A stretch of 64,000 nucleotides of DNA from Tagaea sp. (GTDB lineage Bacteria > Pseudomonadota > Alphaproteobacteria > CACIAM-22H2): contig OZ245864.1 of the NCBI GenBank assembly GCA_965229215.1, positions 3,931,346-3,995,345 of the forward strand, given 5' to 3'. The notes below the pieces were generated by a model. The model was given only the letters and a program-made list of their open reading frames with translations, did not search any database and was not told the origin of the DNA. The position numbers and the translations under genes were made by a program. The number at the start of each line of letters is the position of its first letter. The first letter of the stretch is position 1. This document shows, in pieces, positions 9,842 through 21,066 of the stretch.

Positions 9842-11719
9842 ATGGGCGATATCGCGATCCAGTTCCTGAACGGGCTCGCCGGGGCGTCCTCGCTGTTCCT
9901 CGTCGCGGCCGGGCTGTCGGTCATCTTCGGCGTCAGCCGGATCGTCAATTTCGCGCACGGCTCGCTCTACATGCTCGGGCTCTATCTCGCCTGGAGCCTC
10001 GTCGGCCATTTCGGGCGCGCGTCGGTTCTCGGCTTCTGGGGCGGCGTCGTGTGTGCGGCGCTCGCGGTCGGGCTGATCGGCGCCGCCATCGAGATGCTGG
10101 TGCTGCGGCGGATCTACCGCGCGCCCGAGATGTTCCAACTGCTCGCCACCTTCGCGCTCGTGCTCGTTGCGAAGGACGCGGCACTCTATGTCTGGGGCGC
10201 TGAAGACCTGCTGGGCCCGCGCGCACCCGGCCTGCGCGGGGCCGTCGAGATCTTCGGGCGGCGCTTTCCGGAATACGACCTGCTGCTGATCGCCATCGGC
10301 CCCGCCGTGCTCGGCCTTCTCTGGCTGCTGATGAACCGCACGCGCTGGGGCACGCTGGTGCGCGCGGCGACCGAGGACCGCGAGATGGTCGCGGCCCTCG
10401 GCGTCGACCAGTCGCGGCTCTTCACCGGCGTGTTCTTCCTCGGCGCGTGCCTCGCGGGGCTGGGCGGCGCGTTGCAGCTGCCGCGCGAGCCGGCACAGCT
10501 GGCACTCGACATCTCCGTCATCTCCGACGCGTTCGTCGTCGTGGTCGTCGGCGGCATGGGGTCGGTCGGCGGCGCCTTCCTCGCGGCCCTGCTGATCGCG
10601 CAGGTCAAGGCGCTGTGCATCGCGGTCGGCGACGTGACGCTGCTGGGCACCGTCTTCTCGTTCAGCAAGTTCACGCTGGTGGCGGAGTTCGTCATCATGG
10701 CCGCGGTGCTGATCGTCCGGCCGTGGGGCCTGCTCGGCAAGCCGCCGGTCGCGGCGCGCGGGGCCGCGGCGCTCGAGCCGCCGATGGCACCGCCCGGCCC
10801 GGTGTTCTGGCCGACGATGCTGCTGCTCACGGTCTTCCTCGCGATGATCCCGCTGGGCGGCGAGGGCTACGCGCTCGTCCTCGCCATCGACATCGCGGTC
10901 TTCGCGCTCTTTGCGGTCACGCTGCATTTCCTGATGGGGCCGTCGGGCATGGTGTCGTTCGGGCATGCGGCCTATTTCGGGCTCGGCTGCTACGGGGCGG
11001 CACTCGCCTTCCTGAAGCTGCAATGGCCCGCGGAGGCCGCCCTGCTTGCGGCACCGCTCGCGGGCGGGCTTGGCGCCTTGCTGTTCGGCTGGTTCTGCGT
11101 GCGGCTGTCGGGCGTGTATCTCGCGATGCTCACGCTCGCCTTCGCGCAGATCGCCTGGTCGGTCGTCTTCCAGTGGGATGCGTTCACCGGCGGCTCGAAC
11201 GGTCTCGTCGGCCTGTGGCCGCAGGGCTGGGCGCGGGAGCGCACGCTGTTCTACTGGGCGGTGCTGGGGACGAGTGCCGCCGCGATCTTCCTGCTGTGGC
11301 GCATCGTCCACGCGCCGCTGGGCTACGCGCTGCGCGCGGCGCGCGATTCCACGCTGCGCGCCGAGGCGATCGGCATCGACGTGCGCCGCGTGCGCTGGAT
11401 CGGCTTCGCGCTCGCCGGCGCGTTCGCGGGCCTCGCAGGCGGGCTCTTCGCGTTCTCGAAGGGAAGCATCTCGCCCGAGGCTCTGGGCGTCGCCCGCTCG
11501 GTCGACGGGCTCGTCATGGTGCTGCTGGGCGGCGTGCAGACGCTGACGGGGCCGGTGCTGGGGGCCGCCGCCTTCACGCTGCTGCAGGACGAGATCGCGC
11601 GCGGCACCGACTATTGGCGCGCCGTGCTGGGCGGGGCGATCCTCGTCCTCGTCCTCGCCTTTCCCGCCGGCATCGCGGGTGCCTTGAAACGCCTCTTCGC
11701 GCGGGAGGACGGGCGATGA
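9842..11719 (+). CDS. Branched-chain amino-acid ABC transporter permease, fused LivH-LivM type (625 aa)
   Basis: Two consecutive permease modules with a LivH-like N-terminus and a LivM-like C-terminus. High GC3. Confidence 0.85.
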   Translation: MGDIAIQFLNGLAGASSLFLVAAGLSVIFGVSRIVNFAHGSLYMLGLYLAWSLVGHFGRASVLGFWGGVVCAALAVGLIGAAIEMLVLRRIYRAPEMFQLLATFALVLVAKDAALYVWGAEDLLGPRAPGLRGAVEIFGRRFPEYDLLLIAIGPAVLGLLWLLMNRTRWGTLVRAATEDREMVAALGVDQSRLFTGVFFLGACLAGLGGALQLPREPAQLALDISVISDAFVVVVVGGMGSVGGAFLAALLIAQVKALCIAVGDVTLLGTVFSFSKFTLVAEFVIMAAVLIVRPWGLLGKPPVAARGAAALEPPMAPPGPVFWPTMLLLTVFLAMIPLGGEGYALVLAIDIAVFALFAVTLHFLMGPSGMVSFGHAAYFGLGCYGAALAFLKLQWPAEAALLAAPLAGGLGALLFGWFCVRLSGVYLAMLTLAFAQIAWSVVFQWDAFTGGSNGLVGLWPQGWARERTLFYWAVLGTSAAAIFLLWRIVHAPLGYALRAARDSTLRAEAIGIDVRRVRWIGFALAGAFAGLAGGLFAFSKGSISPEALGVARSVDGLVMVLLGGVQTLTGPVLGAAAFTLLQDEIARGTDYWRAVLGGAILVLVLAFPAGIAGALKRLFAREDGR

Positions 11720-12465
11720 AGGTGCTCGAAGTCTCCGGCCTCGCGAAGGCGTTCGGCGGCGTGCATGCCGTGCGCGGCGTCGATTTCGCCGTGTCGAAGG
11801 GCGAACTGCTGGCGATGATCGGCCCGAACGGGGCGGGCAAGAGCACCTGCTTCAACATGCTGAACGGTCAGCTGCGGCCCGATACGGGCAGCGTGATGCT
11901 GGCCGGGCGCAGCCTCGTGGGCCTTGCCCCGCACGCGATCTGGCGTCTGGGCGTGGGCCGCACGTTCCAGATCACGGCGACGTTCGGCTCGATGACGGTG
12001 CGCGAGAACGTGCAGACGGCGCTGCTGTCGTTCCATCGCGGCCTGTCCGGCTTCTGGCGGCAGGCGGCGGCCCAGTATCGCGACGAAGCGACGGCGCTGC
12101 TCGAGCGTGCGGGCATCGCCGAGCTTGCCGAGCGGCCCTGCGGCATCCTCGCCTACGGCGACCTGAAGCGCGTCGAACTTGCCGTGGCGCTTGCCAACAG
12201 GCCGCGCCTGCTGCTGATGGACGAGCCGACCGCCGGCATGGCGCCGGCCGAGCGGCTGGCGCTGATGGAGCTGACCGCGCGCCTCGCGCGCGCGGACGGC
12301 ATCGCCGTGCTGTTCACCGAGCACGACATGGATGTCGTATTCGCGCATGCCGACCGCGTGATCGTGCTCGACCGCGGTGCTGTCATCGCTTCGGGCAATC
12401 CCGTCGCGGTGCGGGCAGACGCGAAAGTGCGGCAGGTCTATCTCGGCGCGGACGGGGGGCATTGA
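11716..12465 (+). CDS. livG: Branched-chain amino-acid ABC transporter ATP-binding protein (LivG-like)
   Basis: Walker A GPNGAGKST and Walker B LLLMDEP. ATGA overlap with the permease stop. Confidence 0.85.
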   Translation: MKVLEVSGLAKAFGGVHAVRGVDFAVSKGELLAMIGPNGAGKSTCFNMLNGQLRPDTGSVMLAGRSLVGLAPHAIWRLGVGRTFQITATFGSMTVRENVQTALLSFHRGLSGFWRQAAAQYRDEATALLERAGIAELAERPCGILAYGDLKRVELAVALANRPRLLLMDEPTAGMAPAERLALMELTARLARADGIAVLFTEHDMDVVFAHADRVIVLDRGAVIASGNPVAVRADAKVRQVYLGADGGH

Positions 12466-13163
12466 TGCTCGCGGTCGACGGCATCGACGTCTTCTACGGA
12501 CGCGCGCACATCCTTGCCGGCCTGTCGCTGACGGTCGGCAAGGGCGAGGTCGTCGTCCTGCTGGGGCGCAACGGGGCGGGCAAGTCGACGACGATGAAGG
12601 CGATCATGGGCCTCGTCCCGCCGGCGCGCGGCAGCATCGAGTTCCTCGGCACGCGCATCGGGCGGATGGCGACCCACGAGATCGCGCGGCTCGGCCTCGG
12701 CTACGTGCCGGAAGACAGGCGCATCTTCGCGGGACTGACGGTGATGGAGAATCTGGAAGTCGGCCGGCGCGCGGCCGATAGTGGCAACGCCTGGACGCCC
12801 GAGCGGCTGTTCGATCTCTTCCCCAACCTCGGCCGCATGCGCGACCGGCCGGGCGGGCGCATGTCGGGCGGCGAGCAGCAGATGCTGACGATCGCGCGCA
12901 CGCTGATGGGAAACCCGAAGCTCGTGCTGCTCGACGAACCGTCGGAGGGACTCGCGCCCGTCGTGGTCGAGCAGATGGCGCGCACGGTGCGCACGCTGAA
13001 GGGCGAGGGGCTGTCGGTCCTGCTCAGCGAGCAGAACCTGCATTTCGCGCGCGAAGTGGCCGACCGCGCCTACATCGTCGAGAAAGGCCGCATCCGCTAC
13101 GACGGCGCGATGGCCGCATTGATGGAAGACGCAGGCGCGCGCGCGACGTTCCTCGGCGTCTAG
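12462..13163 (+). CDS. livF: Branched-chain amino-acid ABC transporter ATP-binding protein (LivF-like)
   Basis: Walker A GRNGAGKST, LSGGEQQ signature and LVLLDEP. ATGA overlap with livG. Confidence 0.85.
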   Translation: MMLAVDGIDVFYGRAHILAGLSLTVGKGEVVVLLGRNGAGKSTTMKAIMGLVPPARGSIEFLGTRIGRMATHEIARLGLGYVPEDRRIFAGLTVMENLEVGRRAADSGNAWTPERLFDLFPNLGRMRDRPGGRMSGGEQQMLTIARTLMGNPKLVLLDEPSEGLAPVVVEQMARTVRTLKGEGLSVLLSEQNLHFAREVADRAYIVEKGRIRYDGAMAALMEDAGARATFLGV

Positions 13164-13179
13164 ACGTCGGCGTCTAGAC
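13154..13179. repeat. Two tandem copies of the 12-bp CGGCGTCTAGAC, each containing the palindrome GTCTAGAC, at a convergent gene junction
   Basis: Seen directly in sequence. Copy 1 is at 13154-13165 and copy 2 at 13168-13179. The livF stop TAG (13161-13163) and the MCP stop (rc of 13174-13176) each sit in the CTAG core of one copy. Confidence 0.7.
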
Positions 13180-15510
13180 AGACCGGACCGAGCGCAGGAA
13201 GCCTTCGACCGCCGTGTGCAGGCGCGCGGCATCGCTGCCGAACGCCCCGGCGGTCTCCAGCATGCGCCGGGCCGATTCGCCCGTGCGCGCGGCATCGCCA
13301 TCCACGTCGGAGATGGTGTTGCTGACCTGCTCGTTGCCCTTGGCGACCTCGCCGGCATTGTCGGCGATGGCGCCGATCGACGCGCGCTGCTGGTCGATGG
13401 CCACCGCGATCGCCGATGCGATCGCGTCGATCCGGCCGATGGTCTGCGCGATCGTGTCGATGCGCCCGACGGCGAGCCCCGTCGCCTTCTGCATCTGGTC
13501 GATCTGCTGGCGGATATCCACCGTCGCGCGCTCGGTCTGGCTGGCGAGGGCCTTGACCTCGCCGGCGACCACGGCGAAACCCTTGCCGGCCTCCCCCGCG
13601 CGCGCGGCCTCGATCGTCGCGTTGAGCGCCAGCAGGTTGGTCTGCGCGGCGATCGTCTGGATGAGCTCGACGACGCTTTCGATGCGCTTGGCCGTCGTCT
13701 CGAGGCCCCGCACGGCCTCGTTGGTGTCGCCCGTCTGCGCGACCGCTGCCGCCGCGACGCTGCCGGACTCGTCGACCTTGCGCTTGATCTCGTCGATCGA
13801 GGCGGTGAATTCGACGACGGCCTGCGTGACCGACCGCACGGTGGCGCTGGCCTGGCGCGAAGCGGCCGCCACGAGCGCCGACTTCTCGCTCGTCGACGTC
13901 GCGGCCCTGGAAAGCGCTTGCGCCGCATCCAGCAGGCCCTGCGAACCGGCCGACACCCGATCGACGATGCCCAGCACGTTGCCCTCGAACTCGCGTGCGA
14001 CCGTCATCAGGTTGGCACGCCGCTCGGCCTCCGCCTGCGCCTTCGCTTCTTCCTGCTGGTGGCGCATGGCCTGGTTGTCGCGCGCGTTGTCGCGGAAGAC
14101 GGCAAGGGCGGCCGCCATCTCGCCGATTTCGTCGCGGCCCGCCGGCGGCAGGGCCGTATCGAGGGCACCCGCCGCGATCGCGCGCATGGCGCGCGCCGTG
14201 TCTGCCACCCGCCCGGCGACGCTGCGGCCGATGAACCATGCCGCCGCAAGCCCGATGGCGAGCGCGCCGAGTGTGCCGCCGAGAATCGTGGCGCGCGCCT
14301 GCGCGCCGAACGCGTTCAGGGTGCGCTCCTCGCGTTCGACCAGTTCCGTCGTCCGGCCCGCGACGTCGCGCGCGATCGCGTCCGATTCCGCGATCGCGTC
14401 CTGATTGGCCTGCAGGGCCGCGACCAGCCCGGCAAGCTCCTCGCGGAACGTCGCCGCCGCCTGCCCGATCGCGGCGGCCTGCGGGCGTTCGTCGGGGGAG
14501 AGGCGCCGCTGCAACTGCGCCGACACGCCGAAGATACGTCGCACGATGGCGGCCGCCGCGTCGACCGATGCCGCGCGGGTCTGCGCGTCGTCGGCGGCTG
14601 CTGCGCGCAACATGGTCGTCTGCAACGCTTCGGCCTGGACCTGGAGGTCCAACGCGAAATTCTGCACGCCGAGACTGTCGATCGCGGTCTGGCGGGCCTG
14701 CTCGGCCTCGCCGCGCGCCGCGGCGATCGCCTCGTTCTGCCGTTTGCCGAGGGCGGCCGTCAGCATGCGCATCGTCTGGAGACCGCGTTCGGCGGCGCGC
14801 GGATCGCCGCCCGTCGCCGCCAGCCGGTAGGCGGTGACCGCTTCGGCGATGCGCCCCGCCAGCGCCTCGTCGTCCGAGCCGGCCGTCTGCCGGCGCAGCA
14901 GGGCCGCGGCGACGAACGAACTGCGGAGAGTCGCGGCGACGCCGTCCTCGTCCTTGGCCGCCGCCGCCGTCGCGGCAGCGCCTGCCGCCGCGATCAGGCG
15001 CTCGGACGTGACGAGGACCTCCGAACGCTGGGCGAGGCCGGCCTCGGCCGCCGCCTGGCCGCTTCCCGCGACCTCGCGCGCGCTCGCGGCTGACGTCGCG
15101 ATGGCCCGCGCCCGCTCGGCGATCTGGCGGACGAGGGCGTCGAGCTTGTCGGACGCCGCGCGCGCGCGCGCTCCGGCGTCGCCGACCTTGGCCACCGTCG
15201 CGCGCATCGCGTCGAGCGCCGGGGCGAGCGCTTCGCGGTCCGCTTCGTCGAGCGCACGCAGTGCGGCGCCGACGCGCTCGGGATCGAGTGCGGTGCGCGC
15301 CTCGTCGAGTTCGCTCGCCGCACCGCGCAGCGCGTAACGCACCGTGCTGCCGTCGGCCGTCGCCGTCCGGTAGAGGAGCGTCTGCGCCGCGTCGCTGCGC
15401 GCGGAGGCGCGCGCGTAGGTATCGGTCACCGCATAGCCGATCCAGCCCACGCCGACCGATAGCGCTACGACGGCGAGAAAGCCGAGGCCGATCCGGGTTG
15501 AGATGCGCAT
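13174..15510 (-). CDS. Methyl-accepting chemotaxis protein (778 aa)
   Basis: N-terminal TM helix, long helical ligand-binding region, second TM plus HAMP, and a highly conserved MCP signalling domain ([31 protein letters not shown]). Confidence 0.85.
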   Translation of the reverse strand: MRISTRIGLGFLAVVALSVGVGWIGYAVTDTYARASARSDAAQTLLYRTATADGSTVRYALRGAASELDEARTALDPERVGAALRALDEADREALAPALDAMRATVAKVGDAGARARAASDKLDALVRQIAERARAIATSAASAREVAGSGQAAAEAGLAQRSEVLVTSERLIAAAGAAATAAAAKDEDGVAATLRSSFVAAALLRRQTAGSDDEALAGRIAEAVTAYRLAATGGDPRAAERGLQTMRMLTAALGKRQNEAIAAARGEAEQARQTAIDSLGVQNFALDLQVQAEALQTTMLRAAAADDAQTRAASVDAAAAIVRRIFGVSAQLQRRLSPDERPQAAAIGQAAATFREELAGLVAALQANQDAIAESDAIARDVAGRTTELVEREERTLNAFGAQARATILGGTLGALAIGLAAAWFIGRSVAGRVADTARAMRAIAAGALDTALPPAGRDEIGEMAAALAVFRDNARDNQAMRHQQEEAKAQAEAERRANLMTVAREFEGNVLGIVDRVSAGSQGLLDAAQALSRAATSTSEKSALVAAASRQASATVRSVTQAVVEFTASIDEIKRKVDESGSVAAAAVAQTGDTNEAVRGLETTAKRIESVVELIQTIAAQTNLLALNATIEAARAGEAGKGFAVVAGEVKALASQTERATVDIRQQIDQMQKATGLAVGRIDTIAQTIGRIDAIASAIAVAIDQQRASIGAIADNAGEVAKGNEQVSNTISDVDGDAARTGESARRMLETAGAFGSDAARLHTAVEGFLRSVRSV

Positions 15511-15642
15511 GGCGGGATTTTCCGAGGGCGTGTCGATTGCGATTAACGCTCTGTTTACGCCGGTCGGATGTAGAATGGGTTAACCTAAAATACAAAAGTA
15601 TTACGTTCTGCAACTAAAACAGATAAACCCTCGGAGAGCGAA

Positions 15643-16236
15643 ATGAAGATCCACCGGTTCGTCACGGCCGCCCTGCTTGGGGCCGCACTCGTCCTGGCCG
15701 GCACGCCCGCCGCCAAAGCCAACGAATTCGAGAAGCAGATGCGTTCCTTTTTCGAGGCCAAGGTCCGGCCGCTGCTTTCCGATCCCGAAGTGGTCGCGGC
15801 GATCAAGGCGCAGAACGCCAGGCATGTCGGCCTCGACGACGCGAAGATAGACGTCCTCGACAAGCAATGGCGGGCGGAGGCGAAGGCAGGCGGCAAGGGC
15901 CCGCTGATCGACGACCTGATGGGCCGGCCGCTGTCGGCGCGGCTCAAGGCGTTCAAGCAGGCGAACGCGGGCATCGTCCTCGAGATCTTCCTGATGGACG
16001 ACAAGGGCCTGAACGTCGCGCAGGCCGACGTGACGACCGACTATATGCAGGGCGACGAGGCGAAGTGGCAGAAGACCTTCCTGATCGGACCGGCCGCGGT
16101 GTTCGTCGACGATCTGGATTTCGACGAAAGCAGCAAGTCCTTCCAGGCGCAGATCAGCGCCACGGTCGTGGATCCGGCGACGAAGGCGGCGATCGGCGCC
16201 ATCACCATCGGCCTTGCGGTCGAGAAGCTCCCCTAG
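15643..16236 (+). CDS. Hypothetical periplasmic protein (signal peptide), divergent from the MCP gene
   Basis: Cleavable signal peptide MKIHRFVTAALLGAALVLAGTPAAKA. High GC3. No family recognised. Confidence 0.55.
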   Translation: MKIHRFVTAALLGAALVLAGTPAAKANEFEKQMRSFFEAKVRPLLSDPEVVAAIKAQNARHVGLDDAKIDVLDKQWRAEAKAGGKGPLIDDLMGRPLSARLKAFKQANAGIVLEIFLMDDKGLNVAQADVTTDYMQGDEAKWQKTFLIGPAAVFVDDLDFDESSKSFQAQISATVVDPATKAAIGAITIGLAVEKLP

Positions 16237-16264
16237 ACTTCCCGGTCCGGTCCTTCGAGCCGCC

Positions 16265-16528
16265 TCAATGCAGCGTCATCAGGTTCGCGTTGAGGCGGAA
16301 CTCGGCGGGCCTGATGATCTCCGAATGCGCGACGCGCACCTTGAAGAGCTTGCCGTCGAGATTGCGCTCCCAGAAATCGAGGAACTTCTTGAGCACGGGG
16401 AACTCGGGAGCCAGATCCAGTTCCTGCCAGACATATGTCTGCAGGAACGCGGGATGGTCGGGCATCCGGTAGAGGATCTCGGCTGTGGTAATCCGATAGT
16501 CACCCAGCTGGCGCTCGAAGTCGGACAT
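16265..16528 (-). CDS. Usg-like family small protein
   Basis: MSDFERQLGDYRITTAEILYRMPDHP... matches the conserved alphaproteobacterial Usg-like family pattern. Start set at the internal ATG (cat at 16526-16528). Confidence 0.55.
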   Translation of the reverse strand: MSDFERQLGDYRITTAEILYRMPDHPAFLQTYVWQELDLAPEFPVLKKFLDFWERNLDGKLFKVRVAHSEIIRPAEFRLNANLMTLH

Positions 16529-16659
16529 GTGTTGCACACCCTCCTTTCGTTTCGCGGGCCGAACCGAATCGGCCCCTCTAGCCTCTCGCAAGGAACGTGC
16601 CGATTTCAATCATTATTCCAATGCCTTAGCAGCCTCCCTTAGAGAGTGCTGCCAATCCC

Positions 16660-16688
16660 CTTGACGGGATTTGCGGGAATCCCTATTT
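16660..16688 (+). promoter_or_regulatory. Candidate σ32 (RpoH) heat-shock promoter of groESL
   Basis: CTTGAC -35 (16660-16665), a 15-nt spacer, then CCCTATTT -10 (16681-16688). This resembles the consensus CTTGAA-N13-16-CCCCATNT. Confidence 0.4.
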
Positions 16689-16692
16689 CCGC

Positions 16693-16717
16693 TGGCACTC
16701 GCCGGATGCGAGTGCCA
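16693..16717 (+). promoter_or_regulatory. CIRCE element (HrcA operator)
   Basis: TGGCACTC-N9-GAGTGCCA is a perfect 8-bp inverted repeat with a 9-nt spacer, 22 nt upstream of groES. Consensus is TTAGCACTC-N9-GAGTGCTAA. Confidence 0.65.
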
Positions 16718-16738
16718 ATTCAATCGGGAGATACGCAT

Positions 16739-17056
16739 ATGAAATTCAAGCCGCTCCATGACCGCGTCCTCGTGCGTCGCGTCGAGGAAGAATCGAAGAC
16801 CGCCGGCGGGATCATTATCCCGGACACGGCCAAGGAAAAGCCGATGCAGGCCGTGATCGTGGCCGTCGGCCCCGGTGCCCGCAACGAAAAGGGCGAGCTG
16901 ATCGCCATGTCGGTCAAGGCCGGCGACCGCGTCCTGTTCGGCAAGTGGTCGGGCACGGAAGTGAAGATCGACGGCGAAGATCTCCTCATCATGAAGGAGA
17001 GCGACATCCTCGGCACGCTCGAAGGCGTTGCCGGTTCGGCCAAGAAGGCCGCCTGA
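16739..17056 (+). CDS. groES: Co-chaperonin GroES
   Basis: Strong conservation ([31 protein letters not shown]). 105 aa with a short extra C-terminal tail. Confidence 0.95.
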   Translation: MKFKPLHDRVLVRRVEEESKTAGGIIIPDTAKEKPMQAVIVAVGPGARNEKGELIAMSVKAGDRVLFGKWSGTEVKIDGEDLLIMKESDILGTLEGVAGSAKKAA

Positions 17057-18709
<1,653 letters not shown>

Positions 18710-18737
18710 GTCGCGCCGATCCGGTCGAAGACGGGGA

Positions 18738-18770
18738 AGGGCCGCAGCGTACGCTGCGGCCCTTTTTCGT
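18738..18770 (+). terminator. Rho-independent terminator after groEL
   Basis: GC hairpin GGGCCGCAGCG-tac-GCTGCGGCCC followed by TTTTTCGTTT. Confidence 0.7.
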
Positions 18771-18822
18771 TTGCGTGCCCCGTGATAGTGCTTTGCGCAC
18801 ACGCTTCCCGGAGAGATACGCG

Positions 18823-19764
18823 ATGTCGGGCACGCCTCGGATCTATGCGGCGCTTTGCGGGGCCGCGATGGCCGCCGCCAACTTCTCGCCGCCCGCCGCC
18901 GCGGCCGACGCGACGCTGGCCGAGCGCGTGATGCAGCTTTCGCGCGCCAGCAAATGGCAACTCGCGGCCAGCGTGCCGCTCGCCTTCCCCACGCACCATC
19001 CGCAGGGCATGGTGCGGATCGGCGAGCGCATGGTGATGTCGTCGGTCGAGATCGTCGAGCCGACGCAGCGCTATCCGAGCCCGCAAGGCGGGCTCGACCG
19101 CAGCGCCGGGCGCGGGCAAGGGCATCTCTTCGAATTCGACATGCAGGGAAAGCTGCTGCGCCAGGCGAAGCTGGGCGAGGGCGACATCTATCATCCCGGC
19201 GGCATCGACTTCGACGGCCGCGACATCTGGGTTCCGGTCGCCGAATACCGGCCCGACAGCAAGGCGATCGTCTACCGGGTCGATCCCGCGACGCTGCAGG
19301 CGAGCGAGGTGCTGCGCGTCGCCGACCATATCGGCGGCATCGTCCACGACGCCGATGCGGGCACGCTGCACGGCGTAAGCTGGGGCTCGCGGCGCTTCTA
19401 CCGCTGGGCGCTCGGCGCCGATCTGCGCGCGACGGGTGCCGCGCCGCTGCGCCGCCTCAATCCCTCGCACTATGTCGACTATCAGGACTGCCACTATCTG
19501 GGCGCGGGGCGGATGCTCTGCTCGGGGCTGAACGCCTACCGGATGTCGCCCGACGCGCCGCGCTTTCCGCTGGGCGGGATCGAGATCGTCGATCTAGCGA
19601 GCGGCACGCCGGTCTTCCAGGTGCCGGTGACGCAATGGACCGAGTCCGGCCTGCCGATGACCCAGAATCCCTTCTGGGCGGAATCGCACGGCGCGGGCCT
19701 GCGCTTCTATTTCGTGCCCGAGGACAACAAGTCGCAGATGTACGTCTACGACGTGACGCCCTGA
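18823..19764 (+). CDS. Hypothetical secreted protein (signal peptide; possible beta-propeller)
   Basis: Signal peptide MSGTPRIYAALCGAAMAAA. High GC3 and 313 aa. No family assigned. Confidence 0.55.
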   Translation: MSGTPRIYAALCGAAMAAANFSPPAAAADATLAERVMQLSRASKWQLAASVPLAFPTHHPQGMVRIGERMVMSSVEIVEPTQRYPSPQGGLDRSAGRGQGHLFEFDMQGKLLRQAKLGEGDIYHPGGIDFDGRDIWVPVAEYRPDSKAIVYRVDPATLQASEVLRVADHIGGIVHDADAGTLHGVSWGSRRFYRWALGADLRATGAAPLRRLNPSHYVDYQDCHYLGAGRMLCSGLNAYRMSPDAPRFPLGGIEIVDLASGTPVFQVPVTQWTESGLPMTQNPFWAESHGAGLRFYFVPEDNKSQMYVYDVTP

Positions 19765-19777
19765 CGGCGCGCGGATT

Positions 19778-19966
19778 TCACTCGGTCGGGCAGGTCTTGA
19801 TGCCGAGCAGCGTGTAGGCCGGGCAGAAGCGGAAGAGGGCAGTCGCGATCGGCACGATGCCGACCAGCGCCCACGGGCTCTGCGGACCCCAGAAGTAGAG
19901 CGACAGGATGAAGGCGCCCGCGGCGAGGCGCAGGATGCGGTCGATACCGCCGACATTGGCTTGCAT
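19778..19966 (-). CDS. DUF2892 (YgaP-like) small membrane protein
   Basis: 62 aa with two TM segments and a CP.Y..LG motif (FRFCPAYTLLGIKTCP) typical of DUF2892. Confidence 0.6.
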   Translation of the reverse strand: MQANVGGIDRILRLAAGAFILSLYFWGPQSPWALVGIVPIATALFRFCPAYTLLGIKTCPTE

Positions 19967-20106
19967 GGTTCGGGGCCTCCGGCAATTTAGAGAAGCCTCA
20001 TATTCGCACGGATTGCGCCGACCATCGCGGACAATTTGTCGCGCATGTGCGGCTGCGAACGGATTTCTGGACGGAGCCGCCTTGCGCTTGTAGCTTGCCG
20101 CCCGCC

Positions 20107-21066
20107 ATGCAAGCCATTTTCGACGTCATCCTGCCGGTCTTCGGCATCATCCTGACCGGCTATTTCTCCGGCCGCATCAAGCTGCTCGGGCCCGACAGCT
20201 CGGAAGCGCTGAACAAGTTCTGCTACTGGTTCGCGTTGCCGCCGGTGCTGTTCCTGGGGCCGGCGCGTGTCCCCCTCGAACAGGTCTTCAACCTGCCCTT
20301 CATCGCGACCTTCATGGGCGGCGTCGCGATCACGTGGCTGGTGGCGCTCGTCGCCGGCATGCTCGCCTTCCGCGACCGGCCGGCGGTGACGGCGCTGGCG
20401 CTGCTGAGCGGCACCTTCGCGAATGTCGGCTACATGGGCATCCCGCTGTTCCTCGCGGCCTTCGGGCCCGAGGGCGTGCTGCCCGCCGTCATCTCCACCG
20501 TCAGCTGCACGCTGCTGCTGGTCGGCGCGACCGTGATCATCGTGGAGGCGGATCTCGCCGGGCAGGGCGGCGCGGCGACCGCGTTCGGCAAGGTGCTCAA
20601 GGGCCTCGCCAGGAGCCCGCTGATCGTGGCGCCGCTGTCGGGCCTCGCCTTCAACCTGTCTGGCCTGCCGATGCCGAAGCCGCTGTCGAATTTCGGCGAG
20701 CTGCTGGGTGCGGCGGCAGGGCCCGCGGCACTCTTCGCCATCGGGCTGTTCCTGTCCACGCGCTCGCTCGGCACGCTCGTGGGCGGCAAGAAGCTCGTCG
20801 AGGTCGGCTGGCTCGTCTGGGTCAAGCTGATCGTCCATCCGCTTGCCACGTGGTGGCTCGCGGGCATCTTCGGGCTCGACGCGTTCTGGACCGGCTCGGC
20901 CGTCATCCTCGCCTCGCTGCCCACGGCCGCACTCTGCTTCGTGCTCGCCCAGCAATACCGTCAGTTCGTCGAGCGCGCGTCGGCGACGATCCTGATCTCG
21001 ACCGTGCTGTCGCCGCTCATCCTGTCGGCGCTCATGGTCCTTTATGCGGGGATCCGTCCGGGCTGA
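20107..21066 (+). CDS. AEC-family (auxin efflux carrier-like) transporter
   Basis: About 10-TM protein of 319 aa. N-terminal MQAIFDVILPVFGIILTGY matches the AEC/malonate-permease pattern. Confidence 0.75.
   Translation: MQAIFDVILPVFGIILTGYFSGRIKLLGPDSSEALNKFCYWFALPPVLFLGPARVPLEQVFNLPFIATFMGGVAITWLVALVAGMLAFRDRPAVTALALLSGTFANVGYMGIPLFLAAFGPEGVLPAVISTVSCTLLLVGATVIIVEADLAGQGGAATAFGKVLKGLARSPLIVAPLSGLAFNLSGLPMPKPLSNFGELLGAAAGPAALFAIGLFLSTRSLGTLVGGKKLVEVGWLVWVKLIVHPLATWWLAGIFGLDAFWTGSAVILASLPTAALCFVLAQQYRQFVERASATILISTVLSPLILSALMVLYAGIRPG

Noticed and set aside
9749-11311. 520-aa minus-strand ORF antisense to the LivHM permease
   Set aside because: Highly charged, repetitive (RE/RD-rich) translation with no TM or domain logic. 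The plus-strand permease is clearly real.
13216-15093. 625-aa plus-strand ORF inside the MCP gene
   Set aside because: Antisense frame artefact. The minus-strand MCP has a conserved signalling domain.
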